DNA of 62,990 nucleotides, filler included, from Rhabdomonas costata (taxonomy: Eukaryota), in NCBI GenBank assembly GCA_019059605.1. It is 41 parts of 41 records of this genome, joined end to end, with 100 filler letters (N's around TTAATTAATTAA, not from the genome) between each part and the next. Parts side by side here need not be neighbours in the genome. Positions count along the whole stretch, not along the records: positions 47,709 to 49,147 come from JAHMHO010015939.1; positions 49,248 to 50,685 come from JAHMHO010015940.1; positions 50,786 to 52,223 come from JAHMHO010015941.1; positions 52,324 to 53,761 come from JAHMHO010015942.1; positions 53,862 to 55,300 come from JAHMHO010015943.1; positions 55,401 to 56,838 come from JAHMHO010015944.1; positions 56,939 to 58,376 come from JAHMHO010015945.1; positions 58,477 to 59,914 come from JAHMHO010015946.1; 33 more parts are not named here. One strand, 5' to 3'. The translations under genes were made by a program, and so were the position numbers. A model generated the notes under the pieces. It worked only from the letters and a program-made list of their open reading frames with translations. It had not been told where the DNA came from and searched no databases. Positions 48,316-60,640 of the stretch are shown piece after piece; within the stretch, counting starts at the first letter, position 1; each line of letters starts with the position of its first letter.

Positions 48316-49247
48316 AAAAATGTTTGTCCGACGCTGAATATGAACGCGCAGACAATCGAATACATGAACTGAATACGTAGCGAAATTGAAATTAAATACA
48401 AAAATAATAAAAACTATAAAAATTAAAATTCCTGACGCGGCTGAGGTATGGACAGGAGGCCTTAGCCCCGTGGGATGTAGTGTTCGGAATTCATTTTAAA
48501 GTGATTACCCATTATTTCGAACAGCTGCATGCACGCCGCCTTTCGCAGCTCTCCCGGGGGGGGGGGCACCAGTTTGCCCCTCCCCTTTCCTCTGTTTATT
48601 GTACTGAACAGAATTGGCACTACCGGACACAAAATCCGGGCTCTATGGCCGGTGGGGGAGCTGCCCTGGGCAACATCCGAACTCTGTAGAACGCACGAAT
48701 GGGACTCGGCAATAAAGAGAAAGCTTACGCGCCCTGCAACCCGCGTACAGTGCCCAGTCTTAGAAGCTGAAGGGCCCTGCTCAGCAATAAAGGCCTTACC
48801 ATTACAATGGGTCTGACATGTTAGCAAACAAGCTTCCTCCCTCGGCCCCCTCTCCCTCGCCTCAGGTTTCCCCGTGCTTAGTTATCGCCTGTTAACAGCA
48901 AGACTTTCAAATCCAGAGTAATAAACGTCGGAAATCGCGCTGGTCAAAATTATTTTCCTAACCGCTCCAACCACATAATTGCTAGATATACAATTGCGGT
49001 ACCTTCAATAATCACTGCTTCAACTGCAGTGCACTGGCACACAAACTAACGATTCTCATCGCAATCGCACCTCCAATTTAAAGTGCAACTAAGCCTGGGA
49101 GAGGGCTGTCTCTCTGAAAGCGTTTGAGTGTTCCCGTCGCCAACACCNNNNNNNNNNNNNNNNNNNNNNNNNNNNNNNNNNNNNNNNNNNNTTAATTAAT
49201 TAANNNNNNNNNNNNNNNNNNNNNNNNNNNNNNNNNNNNNNNNNNNN

Positions 49248-49913
49248 GAGGCGCCTTGAGGTGAGCCTGAATGGACTTGCCCAGGGTATCGCGGTGGGCC
49301 ACAGTCAAGGGGCTGTTCACGAGGATGTCGTAGGCCAGTCGCCGAGCAACGGCATTGGACTTCGGGTTTTGGAGGGCCTTTCGTTGTAGCCACAAGCGAG
49401 GGTGCAAAAAGAAAAACAAGTGGGGCCCACCTAGGCAATAACGATCATCCATCGACGTGATTTGCTTATACCACGTGCATTCTTGAAAGACGATAAAGAG
49501 TCGCCACCCGCCTCGTGATAGTTGAACTGCAGGTTCGCACTCACGGTTTCCAAGGACCCAGAATAAAGAATCAATACCTACACGGTGTCCGTAAGGCGCT
49601 TTCCGTTCTTGGAGGTCAGGGGCTGCATTTTTCTCTTTTGGAGAATCACAACTAGCCCTAGCGAGAGTTCAGTGACTTCAGGCAAGGTCAAAAGGAGGAA
49701 AGTGGTGCTGCATAACCGACCCGACCAGAAATTCGAAGAAACCAACCCCATGCCACAGAGTCAGAGAGACACCTTCTGCAGCACTGTCGGGAGGAAGAGG
49801 CAGACGTCCTGCCCCGCGGCGGCGAGCTGGATCACCGTGGAGAGAGCGGTGATTCGCTTGCTGAGGTCCGACGACGACAGCTCCGTGAGCAGTCGAGCGT
49901 GCTTAATCTCCAT
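49248..49913 (-). CDS. TPLATE: TPLATE-like large subunit of the TSET/TPLATE adaptor complex, N-terminal 2 exons
   Basis: Exons 49913-49773 and 49377-49248 give MEIKHARLLTELSSSDLSKRITALSTVIQLAAAGQDVCLFLPTVLQK/ALQNPKSNAVARRLAYDILVNSPLT...DTL...IQAHL..P. This is colinear with the recalled plant TPLATE N-terminus (MDILFAQIQADLRSND...AAGRDIS...AVCKKLAFDLIRSTRLT.DLWDTV...DL.FP). Confidence 0.72.
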
Positions 49914-52900
49914 GGGTTACCGACCAGGCAGAAAAAGCAGAAACTCAGCGCGGAATAAACGTGAGGAAGAGGGGCTCTAAGAAAATCTCTGGCGTCTGTT
50001 GACGATACTGTACAGGAAGAAAGTCACGGAAAAAGTAAAAATCAAGCAAATCTAGGCAGCGGGTCCAGCGTATATAGGTCATGCTATCGGAGTCATTTGA
50101 GTTACAGTCCATAAAGTACGAGTTTGCAGCTTGGGCTCAGCATCCTTACCTCCATAGATCAATAAATACGAGCCAATACGGCTGACTAGAAAAGTCGGGG
50201 TGGTTTTGCACTGAGGTTGACGGTCCGGGACAAGTCTACCCGTATTCCGAATGTGATAAATGAAAGATCGGCCATGAAAAATCCCAAAAAGGCACTGACA
50301 CAGCAAAGAGCGCTCAACATTCAAAGTGTGCGACAGCTGATGCAGTGGGGCAAGCATCAAAGTCCCACAGCTCAAGTGCACATCTACCGCCACACATTTC
50401 CCAACACCGGCCAGGGGTAGGTGCGAAAGCCGATCGAAAAGCATTGCAGCAAACCATTTTTTGAACAAGCCAATGCAACAGACATTCACCATTCACCCCA
50501 AACAGAAAAACACAAAGCGATCAGACGTATTAACAAAGAAACACATCACCAACAATGTCTGCAGCCCACCACCCGGCCTCCTCTGCAGCCTTCGCCAGGG
50601 TCGATCAATCACATGCAGCCACCTTGGAAGCAATACTCAGTCGGATTCGCCTGACATCTCCAAAAGTCGTGATCCCCACAACAACNNNNNNNNNNNNNNN
50701 NNNNNNNNNNNNNNNNNNNNNNNNNNNNNTTAATTAATTAANNNNNNNNNNNNNNNNNNNNNNNNNNNNNNNNNNNNNNNNNNNNGTGTGTGGGGAGGGA
50801 GACTCGGGGGTGGTCAGCGGGTCGCTGGGGTTTTCGGAGAGGAAGCGAGCAAGCTGGCTCTGTGCCATAGCGGGCTGGAAAAGAAAGACAGGATTGGTGA
50901 TAGCGATGACGGCATCCTAAAAAAGAGCACCGAGACCGCAACAACAGCTGGCGATTCCGCCAAAACGTAAGATCGACCTGAAAAAGACAGAATATGCATT
51001 TAAAAGGGTGACTGTGGAACCAAGCCAACCAGTGGGGCATAGTTGGAAGCATTTTTATTCTGTTGCAGACAAGAATTTCAGTGCATGACCTCAAAAGCAT
51101 GGCTGTCCAGGCGCCCAAACAAGACTAAGGCTGACAATGGGTAGATTCTGTACGCACGCACGCTCAAAGATATGCATGGGGCGGCGCGGTGGTGAGGGGA
51201 AGAGAATGGGGGCTCACTGAGCGTGGGGGCGGCCTCTTCGGAGAAGGAGACAAGGAAGGAAGCTCTGGGGAACGGCGAGGGTCTTCCTCGTGGGACAAGA
51301 CAGAGCTGCCGCTCCATGTGCAGCACCGCGAGAACCGGCGGCCAGAGGACACCGTGGGAGTGACTACCGCTGTGAGGTGCCCAGGTACAGCGGAAATAGA
51401 AAAACTACCCAAGAGAACAAAAAATCTGAGTAAAAATGGCTACACCCATCCCCAGGCCTTCCGAGGTAGAGGAATTGCGCACAACGTTGCCCGTATGGCA
51501 TGGAGTGATATATTGAAGAGCTAATTCACACGGTCCAGATATCTATTGAGGATTGGGAAGTAATGGCAACACATTAACTGTGACGGATCGTATCCAAGAC
51601 CCGCGCTTGGCCAATTTTGCAATTCGGGAAAAGTGATCAACATGGAACACCTCCTCCTGAATCTGCAGACAGGGGGCAGACTTGCAAAACGCAACCTCTT
51701 TTTGTGGGGCATAACGAACCACGAGCCGTACCAGGTGAACACAGAACACAAGAAAGATGCAAACGATCATATTAAAAGGCACGCCTTCCGAGGAGCTGGT
51801 GGGGGTTGTGGGGTCATAGGACCCCACAGCTGGAATCTCGGAGAGCAGCGGGACCGCCCGAGCGTGTGAAACCAACTCCTGAAGTCGCGGGGAAATCAAA
51901 CACGAAGAGCTGTGAAATGCGAGGGTCACGACGTTTGAATTTTCAGCAGCCCCTTAATCGTAATCAGGCAATCGAAAGCACCCTAAGGTCTAGTAAGCAG
52001 TCACCCTACATTTGTGAAATCTACCCCACAGCAGCCCTGCACCAAAAACATACGGAGCGGCTCACTGTCTTGACGCTAAAGTTGAACACCGGCTTCCGCT
52101 CCTCCAGCTGCCGCAGCTCCTCTTGCAGGGCACTGAGCCGAAGTTCCATGGTACCCACCAAGACGGTAGAGGATGCCGCCTTCCCACGGGTCTCGCCCCC
52201 ATGTCCCGGGTCCACCACCCCACNNNNNNNNNNNNNNNNNNNNNNNNNNNNNNNNNNNNNNNNNNNNTTAATTAATTAANNNNNNNNNNNNNNNNNNNNN
52301 NNNNNNNNNNNNNNNNNNNNNNNCCGCCAGCCACAAAGCAAATGAACATAAGCGGCATTGGTTTATTTCATTGGCTCACTCCTCTCAGCCCTTGCGCTTC
52401 CCAGCAACTCGCACCAGGGTTGGAATTTGTTTCCCCACCGCCGAAACACGCTCGGTGGAACGCAGGCGCCTCACACAACCTTGGGTCAGGGCCATGGTGG
52501 TGATGGCGAAGAACCGCGGAACAGCCAGGCCCACAGCGGAGGGGTGCAACACCAAGGAGGAGCTCCCTCCGGGTTGCACAGCCACTGGACTTTCACCCAG
52601 GAGGCCGCCTGAAGAACTCAGAGGCTGCAGCATCAGCTGAGGGTCGAAAGATGGAGGGGGAAAGAGGGTGTGAGTGAGTAGAAAGGGGGTGACCTCTCTG
52701 AGATGAGCAGCCGCTTGATCACAAGCGCTTCTGGAGTGACTGGCGTTGCGGTTGCGGGGGCAAGTGGGGGAAAGAGAGAGAAGGGGCACGAGGTGTGCAT
52801 GGGGCGTGGCAAGAATTGCTTCCACACGAACTTACGCCGCTGGCGCTCTGCAAGGTGTACGTTTGACAGTTTGATTCGGCGATGGCTCATGGGATGATGC

Positions 52901-55400
52901 TGTATTAGGGACCCCGCTCACCCACTTACCCAGCCCAGTTTTGGGGAATCACAGGCAAATCTGCCGTTGCAAATGCGAGTCTCCCACACCACCCACAGCA
53001 TTGTAAGAAAACAAATACAGAAAAAGTAGCGTAAAGGATGCAAAGATGTACAAACACACTTTGGAATTGGGGTAACCGTTCAAGTTGTTCCAGCAAAGGA
53101 CAACAGGGGCGCGGGAGCCCGCTAGCGCGGCCACGCTGGGACGCTGGAAACGCGCAACACATGCCCCATCCCGGATTCCATCCCCTCCACACCGCGATAG
53201 CGCCAACGGGAGCAATTGCCCACAACGTCACGACGAGGGTCACCTCCACAGCGTACCTATCTTTTAGGAACTGAAAACTTGACGTCAGAAACACCGTCCT
53301 TGCATGCATCCCATCCCTGGAATCCAGGCAGGGAGGATGACGAATTGTCGTCAAAAGCTTTCACAAAACAAGGAGCCAGGAGGATCTGCCGCCAAATGGC
53401 GGTACCAGTGAAGACGGTTGGTAAATAATCCTATGAAGAACAATGCGACGCCATCTGCCATCTGAGCACACCTCTTCCAAGTTGATCAATGCTCCTCGGG
53501 GCGCGGTGTAGAGAGTCCCAGCCCCGATAACTCTGAAAAACAAAACAGGTACCCCGAAATTTCACAGACGCAAGAACAAGAGGAACACAACGAGGGAAGC
53601 CAGCTAAGAATCTCTCACTTTTTGGCCTCCGTCCGGCTTACCCAGAACGGTTGGCAAAACGCCCTCCACCCCAATGCCGCTCACTCGAACGCGCAGATAT
53701 TTACCAACCGTCTTCACTGGTACCGCCATTTGGCGGCAGATCCTACTGGCTCCTCACCACCNNNNNNNNNNNNNNNNNNNNNNNNNNNNNNNNNNNNNNN
53801 NNNNNTTAATTAATTAANNNNNNNNNNNNNNNNNNNNNNNNNNNNNNNNNNNNNNNNNNNNTTGTAGTCAAATCTGCATGGGGAGAGAGAGAGGGAGCGA
53901 CTCCAGCTCTGCAAGTGGTGGCACTCTTAACTAACACACACACACAATATAATGGCACCCCCACAGACGAACAAGTAAAACGAGGCCGACAATGTGTCAG
54001 TTCGATTGCAGTCTCCTACAGTCACTCAGGCAGCCAGCGCGGCATGCGCCCAACGCACCTCCTTCAGGAAGGTGGTGAGCCGGTACCCTGCGCCAACGTG
54101 CGCTCCAACACGTTCGCGTGAGGTGCCCACTGGTATTCCTTCCCGCATTCCCGCAAATAGAATCCGCGAATGTGATCTGATCGGAGTCAGGTTGGTTGTC
54201 TTTAAATCTATTTTCTGGTGGTTTGAACTTTTAGAATGGCAAGCCCTCTGCCGACGAGACGACGCAGTATTCTCCGGAGCAGGGCTTCAGCAGCGTGGTG
54301 ACTTTAGGGCCCGGTCACCACGGCCAGCTTGTCGTTCAGAACCCTCTGCGGTCGCACCTTCAGACGGTGCTGGAACTGGCCAAGGAGATCGTTGCGACGG
54401 AGGTGATGGGCGAGTCCACTGAGGTGTGCTCAGATGGATCAGAGATGAGATCATCAACTAATAATAGGGCGTGTATTCTGACATAACTTCCTGATTCCTG
54501 TGTATCCCAGCGAATGTGCATGGTGGTGGTTAGGGACGTGGCCACCTGTGCATGTTCGTGTCTGTGTCCCTTTTTATACTGTCCATATGTGCTCAAAAAG
54601 GCATATCCGAAAAAGCTCACTGTAATGAACGTAGAAGCTAAATGGGTTGTGTAAATTTGTTTTTTCTATTTGTTTTTTTTAAATTTGGTTTTGTTCCCCA
54701 TATCAGGTCGTCTCGTGTTTCTCGGACGTTTAGCAACTCTGAGTGATGAACGGAGCATCGCGCCCACCCCATATGGAAAGTCATAACCCATCTGGCCGTT
54801 CCGGCCGCGCTGCGGCGCTGGCGTTCGCACCTAAAATATTGTTATCTCATGGGTGTCAAAGCCCAACAACGACAATTCAAACATCCGCATAAGCCAAACG
54901 TTTAGCAGAACCAAATTTTTTCGCCCCCCCCCCCCCCCCGCTCCAACAAAATACAATTGTTTCCGGGTGAGGCCCTGGTGGAACTTTGTCGAAAAAGGCT
55001 CAACCCACAAGTGGGAGCCAGTTTTGTGCTCCCCTTTTTTATTTTTGGTTTGCTTCTCTGGCATGATCAATTCCCACACGGACTGGATTACATTAGATAT
55101 GCCTTCACGGACGTCAATAGTTTGCGTCAGACTTTCAAACATGCAAGAGTAATTGATCTGATCGCCCGCTCCCCCTCAGGTGGAGGCCATGAGCACCACT
55201 GTTCGGCGTCACATGGGGTCTTCCGTCCAGGACGTTGTGCATCGCTCTGACGCTACTGCTGTCGCTAACAACAACACCAAACACACACCACACAACACCC
55301 NNNNNNNNNNNNNNNNNNNNNNNNNNNNNNNNNNNNNNNNNNNNTTAATTAATTAANNNNNNNNNNNNNNNNNNNNNNNNNNNNNNNNNNNNNNNNNNNN

Positions 55401-55426
55401 GTGTGGGTGTGTTTGGGGTGGGGTTG
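55401..55426 (+). other. WGA universal-primer remnant
   Basis: gtgtgggtgtgtttgg followed by ~10 G/T-only bases. It resembles the GenomePlex/OmniPlex adaptor (recalled as TGTGTTGGGTGTGTTTGG) plus a K-mer. Confidence 0.8.
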
Positions 55427-55930
55427 TAGCCCCTTCTTGCGCAAGCAACTTCCTAGCACAAAAGAGAATGTCAGATCCGTGAGATTTTGATTGTTTACTT
55501 CTGTGAAGGATCGACAACAATACCCGATCACAGGTTCCGGTTGTGGAAAAGTTCCCTTTGTTTCCCTACTGCGGAACTGCGGAGAGGAGAGACGCATGCC
55601 AAACATCGGCACCAACGAAGCAAATAAAACCTGTTCATAATATCAGTTGTTCTGTTCACAACATCCCCTTTTAGGTTTGTTGTGGATTCCCTCATGACTC
55701 CTTGGACCTCCTACCTGTGTGCGTGTTTTCTTCCACTGCAGTGCTTGTACCCTAACCACCCGTGCTTGCGTCCACCATCTCTGTATCTGCAGGCAGGTCA
55801 CGTGTCCTGAGTGCTGGAAATGTCCCATGCCGCAGCAAATGCAACACACACTTAATGCTGTGAACCCAGCCGCCGTACGTCAAGACGTGCGACTTGCCTG
55901 CGATGGATGCTCTCCTCCACCCCTGCGCAG

Positions 55931-56102
55931 ATTGTACGTCTGGGCGCCCTCGGGGTGCACCTGCGTGGACATCCCACCGCACCTGAGCCCGGGGTTCACA
56001 GTGCAGAGCTTCGTATGGAGCCCCAAGGGATGTGCTTTGGTTCTCGAGGACAAGGTCAAGGGGGCCTTCTGCGTGGGCTACCCCGCGTGGAACAGTACCT
56101 GA
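55931..56102 (+). CDS. WRAP73: WRAP73/WDR8 last exon
   Basis: cag|..LYVWAPSGCTCVDIP....FTVQSFVWSPKG.ALVL.DK...FCVGY* matches the WRAP73 C-terminal 'LYLWSP.GC..V.VP...F.V..L.W...G....L..KD.FC' pattern. Confidence 0.8.
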
Positions 56103-56684
56103 GCACCCCTTTAACTTTAGAGCCTCCCTTTGAAGGGATGCTGGGCTCTGTGCAGCCCTCTGCCAATCAGAGCCCGCTTCCTTCTATGGAGAGGGAGCAG
56201 CTGTGTCGATATTTTGGTCAGAGGATCATGCAGTGTTTGTTCGGATTTGTGTGGAGTCGTGGGAAGTGCTCTTCAGCACTTGTCCTGTGCATTATGTCTT
56301 GTACTGATACTGTACAATTCTTGGTTTCTCATTGTGAGCGGCTGCCTGGGCTCGTAGAGCTGAATCCTCTATGTCTGACCGGGCGGAGTTCCCCACAGAT
56401 GTGGGATGCCTTCCCTCGTCAATGTTGATTTGACTTGTGCACCGTGCCTGTCTTGCGACGAGACATCTGTGTGGTAGGAAGCGGCTGAGAATCCGGCTGC
56501 GTGGACTTGCTAGTGTAAGTGAATTCTCGTGTCAGGATGCTGATCCTCTTTTGCTCCCAACAAACCCTGCAGCAACGTTTTCCCTTGGTTCTACGCCTTC
56601 GAGGTTTTTGTTGCCTTTCTTCTTTCCTTTCTGCACTTATTTTTGTCATTTGTCTTCCGAGAGGGGGGTAAGGGGCGTGCAACA

Positions 56685-56767
56685 ATGACAGATGCATTTC
56701 GCAAGCAGCTCGATGAGCTGATGGGGAAGAACCGAAACCTTGACAATCGTCCGAACCAGCACTACTG
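56685..56767 (+). CDS. LUC7: LUC7-like U1 snRNP-associated splicing factor, first exon
   Basis: MTDAFRKQLDELMGKNRNL...HY(W)|gtgtgc, containing the LUC7 'LDELMG.RN' N-terminal motif. Confidence 0.85.
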
Positions 56768-58900
56768 GTGTGCCCTCCCCAACCCACCAGCTTCCCCCAC
56801 GCACGTACATGATTCCATGTTCGTGTACCACCCCCAACNNNNNNNNNNNNNNNNNNNNNNNNNNNNNNNNNNNNNNNNNNNNTTAATTAATTAANNNNNN
56901 NNNNNNNNNNNNNNNNNNNNNNNNNNNNNNNNNNNNNNGTGGTGAATGCAGTAAAAAAGTGCTGGCAGTGACAGTTCGCGCATCTTGCCACTCTTCCAAC
57001 GCTGCACTCCGAGTAGTGGTTTGGGATTAGGTAAAACAGGGTCAGGTCAGGGTCTTGTAGCACACATCCGCAGATGAAATTTTTTTTTAAAAAATACTTC
57101 AGATACAGCGAAACAATTCCCATTTGGTAGGGCTACATTGGAATGCTTTGAACCACCAATGGCAGCTGAGCCATAAAGAGAAGGTCCCAACCTTTCGACT
57201 TTTCACTCGTTTCTTCATCGTGCATCTCGGGAATATTTCACAAAGAAGGGGAGCAAAGAAAGAGAGGGATGGTCGGGAAGCGGGGGGAGCACGCACTCTT
57301 GAGAGGCGGCTGCCGCCTCGGCTAAAGCCTTTCCAAGAGCTGTCACACAGAACAGCACAAAGAACGGTGGCCACCAAAGTGGAGACAACGGCGAACCCAT
57401 GCGAAAAACATGAAAAACGGAGGGGAAACAATTTGTTTCTTGAAATCTGGTTCCAGAAGAATCCTATTCCAAACCCAATCCTTGTGACTGGCAGTGACTA
57501 GGGGGACCTACAAGCACACCCACTCATGACAAAAACCGTGCCCTGTGAATAGAAACCAACCACAGCACAACTCCGGCGGAAGAAGGAGGAAGCGAGGAAC
57601 GTGCTGCTTTCAGTTCCTTTGCCAATGCACGACACCGCACCACGTAAGATGCTTCAGGAACCTCCGTATGACTGCTTCGACTGTTTGCCGGGGACTGACC
57701 AAGAAGCGACGCAAGCGTTTCAGTCAGTCCATGTCACTGGGCCAATGGCAAGGGAGGGGAAAGAGATGAGGTGAGACGACACGGACCAGAGTTACGGTCA
57801 TTCTGGCTGCGCGACCGGGTGGACATGGACATCCCCTGCTTCATCCTCTTCCACCGCTCATCTGAAGAATGCGGGTGTAGCGTGAAGCAAGCACACAAAG
57901 CCAGGAGCTCAGAAGAAAAAGTATGAAACACAAAAAAATCTCTTCCCGACTGCCTGTCAGGATTCATTGCCGGTTTCTTCCAAACAAGCGAGGGATTAGC
58001 AGGAGTTGAGCATCACCGCCCGTGCTTTTCGAACCGCCGCAAGTGACGGCCACCTGTGGCAAAAAGGCTTTCCCGAGGTAGCTGTGGTTATCATTTACCC
58101 ACCGTTTGTCTTGATACCTTGATAGCTACAGGCCATGCAAGTTGGTTATGTTCATTTCTATTTTCTATAAGCACTGCACAAAGGTCACCCCTTTTCCATC
58201 TATCGCTCACTCCACGGACCGTCCCAGCTCGCTTCGCCTCGCGCCTCGGACCAGCTACTGCCCCGAAACTTAACATGTTCCATCTGCTGATGCCCAGCAA
58301 TGACAATAACAAAAGTTCACAAAAGCAAAAAAAAAAAACGTTTAGGAATGCTAAACCGTTGACGCCCCCCCCCACCNNNNNNNNNNNNNNNNNNNNNNNN
58401 NNNNNNNNNNNNNNNNNNNNTTAATTAATTAANNNNNNNNNNNNNNNNNNNNNNNNNNNNNNNNNNNNNNNNNNNNTTTTTGGTTGCTGAAAGAACAGTA
58501 AGAGAGGTTTTGCATAAAAGACAGGGGTGTGTCAAGGTGATGTGGGAGAGGGTTCTAGTTGCAATGGCGCTGGCGTTGGAGGTGCAAGAGAGACTGTCCT
58601 TCACGCGCGTGATGCGCAAAGAGCAGGCACATGGACAGAAAGAGCTTACAGATGGAGTTTTGGTGGCGAGGCACCGCGCCTGAGGTGAGGAGGCGTTAGC
58701 GTGTTACACTGCATGACGCCACACCCCCACCTGTGCACGACCCGGGTTTCCCTTCACCCCCACCCATGCAAGACGGAAACAGTTGTCGACCTGTTGCTCT
58801 TGTTTTTGTATCTCAGAGGTGATAGTCCCGTCCTGATTTTCGTTGAAACCCCGAAAATGTGTGAGTGGGAATGTGTGCACGGGTGAGCTGGAGGTGGAAC

Positions 58901-58969
58901 CTGGATGTGAGTGCAGGAGCCCACCTTGACGGGGCCCTTCTCCCCACGAATCACCGCGTTGTACCAAAC
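58901..58969 (-). CDS. Gamma-carbonic-anhydrase-like (left-handed beta-helix) protein, single exon
   Basis: cag|VWYNAVIRGEKGPVKVGSCTHIQ|gtt resembles the gamma-CA motif 'IWY..VLRGD...I.VG..TNIQD'. Confidence 0.6.
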
Positions 58970-60105
58970 CTGAGGTGGGGAAAGCATAAGCAGCGCACTG
59001 GAGGGGAAAAAATGACGAAGGGCCAGCTTCACAAGAATTGGAAGATATAACAGCAATGTCCCCTGAGTCGTGCTCCTGTCCTCCACCACGCGCTTCGGCC
59101 GCGCCGGAGAAGAGGCAGCCCGGCAACCCAACCGCGTCGGCAAAGCAGAGCAGCGCTCTGTCTCGCGGTGGAGGCGTCGGTCACCGTAACACACAGGGAG
59201 CGGGTGAAGGTCAACGAGAGTTTTGACTGAAACTTGATTTCTGCACCTCGTATATCGATACGGTAACAAGCGGATACAAATAACTAGTGACCACATCCAT
59301 TGCAAAAAGAGGGGAGGGGGGGAGGCTTGCCCATAACAGCTCACGCTGTCCCAGTCTTCTGCCCCCCATTCCGTGACTAAGAGTAGTGGTGCTACAAAAA
59401 AACTTGGGTCCCTTGCATTTTGTTTTTTCTGGAGGGGGGTGCGCTTTTAGAGTCGTTAACCGACAAGGTTCAAAACTATGCGGGTACGCTCGGCCGCCAG
59501 AAAAATCCCCTCAAGTATCGCTTTCGGGGCACATACCCCAGCAATTACAAAACCTCCAGTTTCTCAAGGAAACGTTCCCACATCAACCCCCCGCTCCGGT
59601 CGCAGCGCTGGCCTTCGCTTTGTGCGGCATCTCCTGGGAACCGTCCACCGCCCTTCTCGGGGAAATTCACCGAACCAGAAAAACCGAGGAATGGTACCCC
59701 AGTACAAAAAGTCCGTTTAACACCTCCCACCCCAAATTGGATCGGACCGACCTGATCAACGATGCCGGAAAGCCGACTTAGTAAGTCCATGAGAAGTAAC
59801 CAAAGGAGTATTGCATGTTACTGTGGAAATGGAGCCAGTCTGCTCGGTATAGGACGGGTTTCGAGACAAGTTTTTTTTTTGCCCTGTGTTTCCTGTCCGC
59901 GTTTCCAAAACCCCNNNNNNNNNNNNNNNNNNNNNNNNNNNNNNNNNNNNNNNNNNNNTTAATTAATTAANNNNNNNNNNNNNNNNNNNNNNNNNNNNNN
60001 NNNNNNNNNNNNNNTGTGGGGGGTGCCACAAGCTGCACTTTTCTGGGATTCTCGCTGTGCTTCCGCGTGTACAAGAGTGGCTGTGCACTTCCATAGAACA
60101 CGAGT

Positions 60106-60640
60106 ATGTCTCTCGAGGCGCTTGTGCAGAGCTACTGCAGTTCGAGCATTACGGAAGTGCAGAGGCAGGACACCTTGTCGACGATATGCAAAGGTGGATG
60201 GGAGTGCCATACCGGGGTGCTTTTTTCTGGTGTTGCGAGGGTCTTTTGGGTTTTGTTTGCGGTCCTTGACGCCCAGATCATCTCACTGGACTTTGGTGCG
60301 CCAGCGTTACCGTCAATCCAATTGTTTCTTCCTTTCTTCTTACCTTACCTGAACGTTATTCAAAGCATTGATTTTCACCAGAAATTTCTGAGAAGATCTA
60401 ATTGGACGACAGAAACACTGGTCACTGTCGTTTGCCCATGGAGTTTTAAGGAGCCGAGACTGAACGGCTATTTATGTGGACAACGTTACGATATACCCAT
60501 CTGCACCGCCCCGCCAAATCATATTTTTCTTCGCCACCGCCGGTGCCCAGAGCTGCAGAGCACCTCCTCGCCGTACCTCACTCTGGTGGCGCTGATGAGT
60601 GGCGTTTTAGGTGGAGAGGACACCGACAAGAGGAGGCGAG
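60106..60640 (+). CDS. MMS19: MMS19/MET18 (CIA targeting complex) N-terminal 2 exons
   Basis: Exons 60106-60193 and 60551-60640 (phase 1) give MSLEALVQSYC...TLSTICK/ELQS.SSPYLTLVALMSGVLGGEDTDKRRR(G), resembling the MMS19_N pattern 'L..LV..M...L...D...R.RG'. Confidence 0.65.

Noticed and set aside
1814..60640. Euglenid non-conventional (stem-loop) introns or stop-codon reassignment
   Set aside because: All homology-anchored introns have GT/GC-AG borders, and no in-frame stops interrupt conserved exons.
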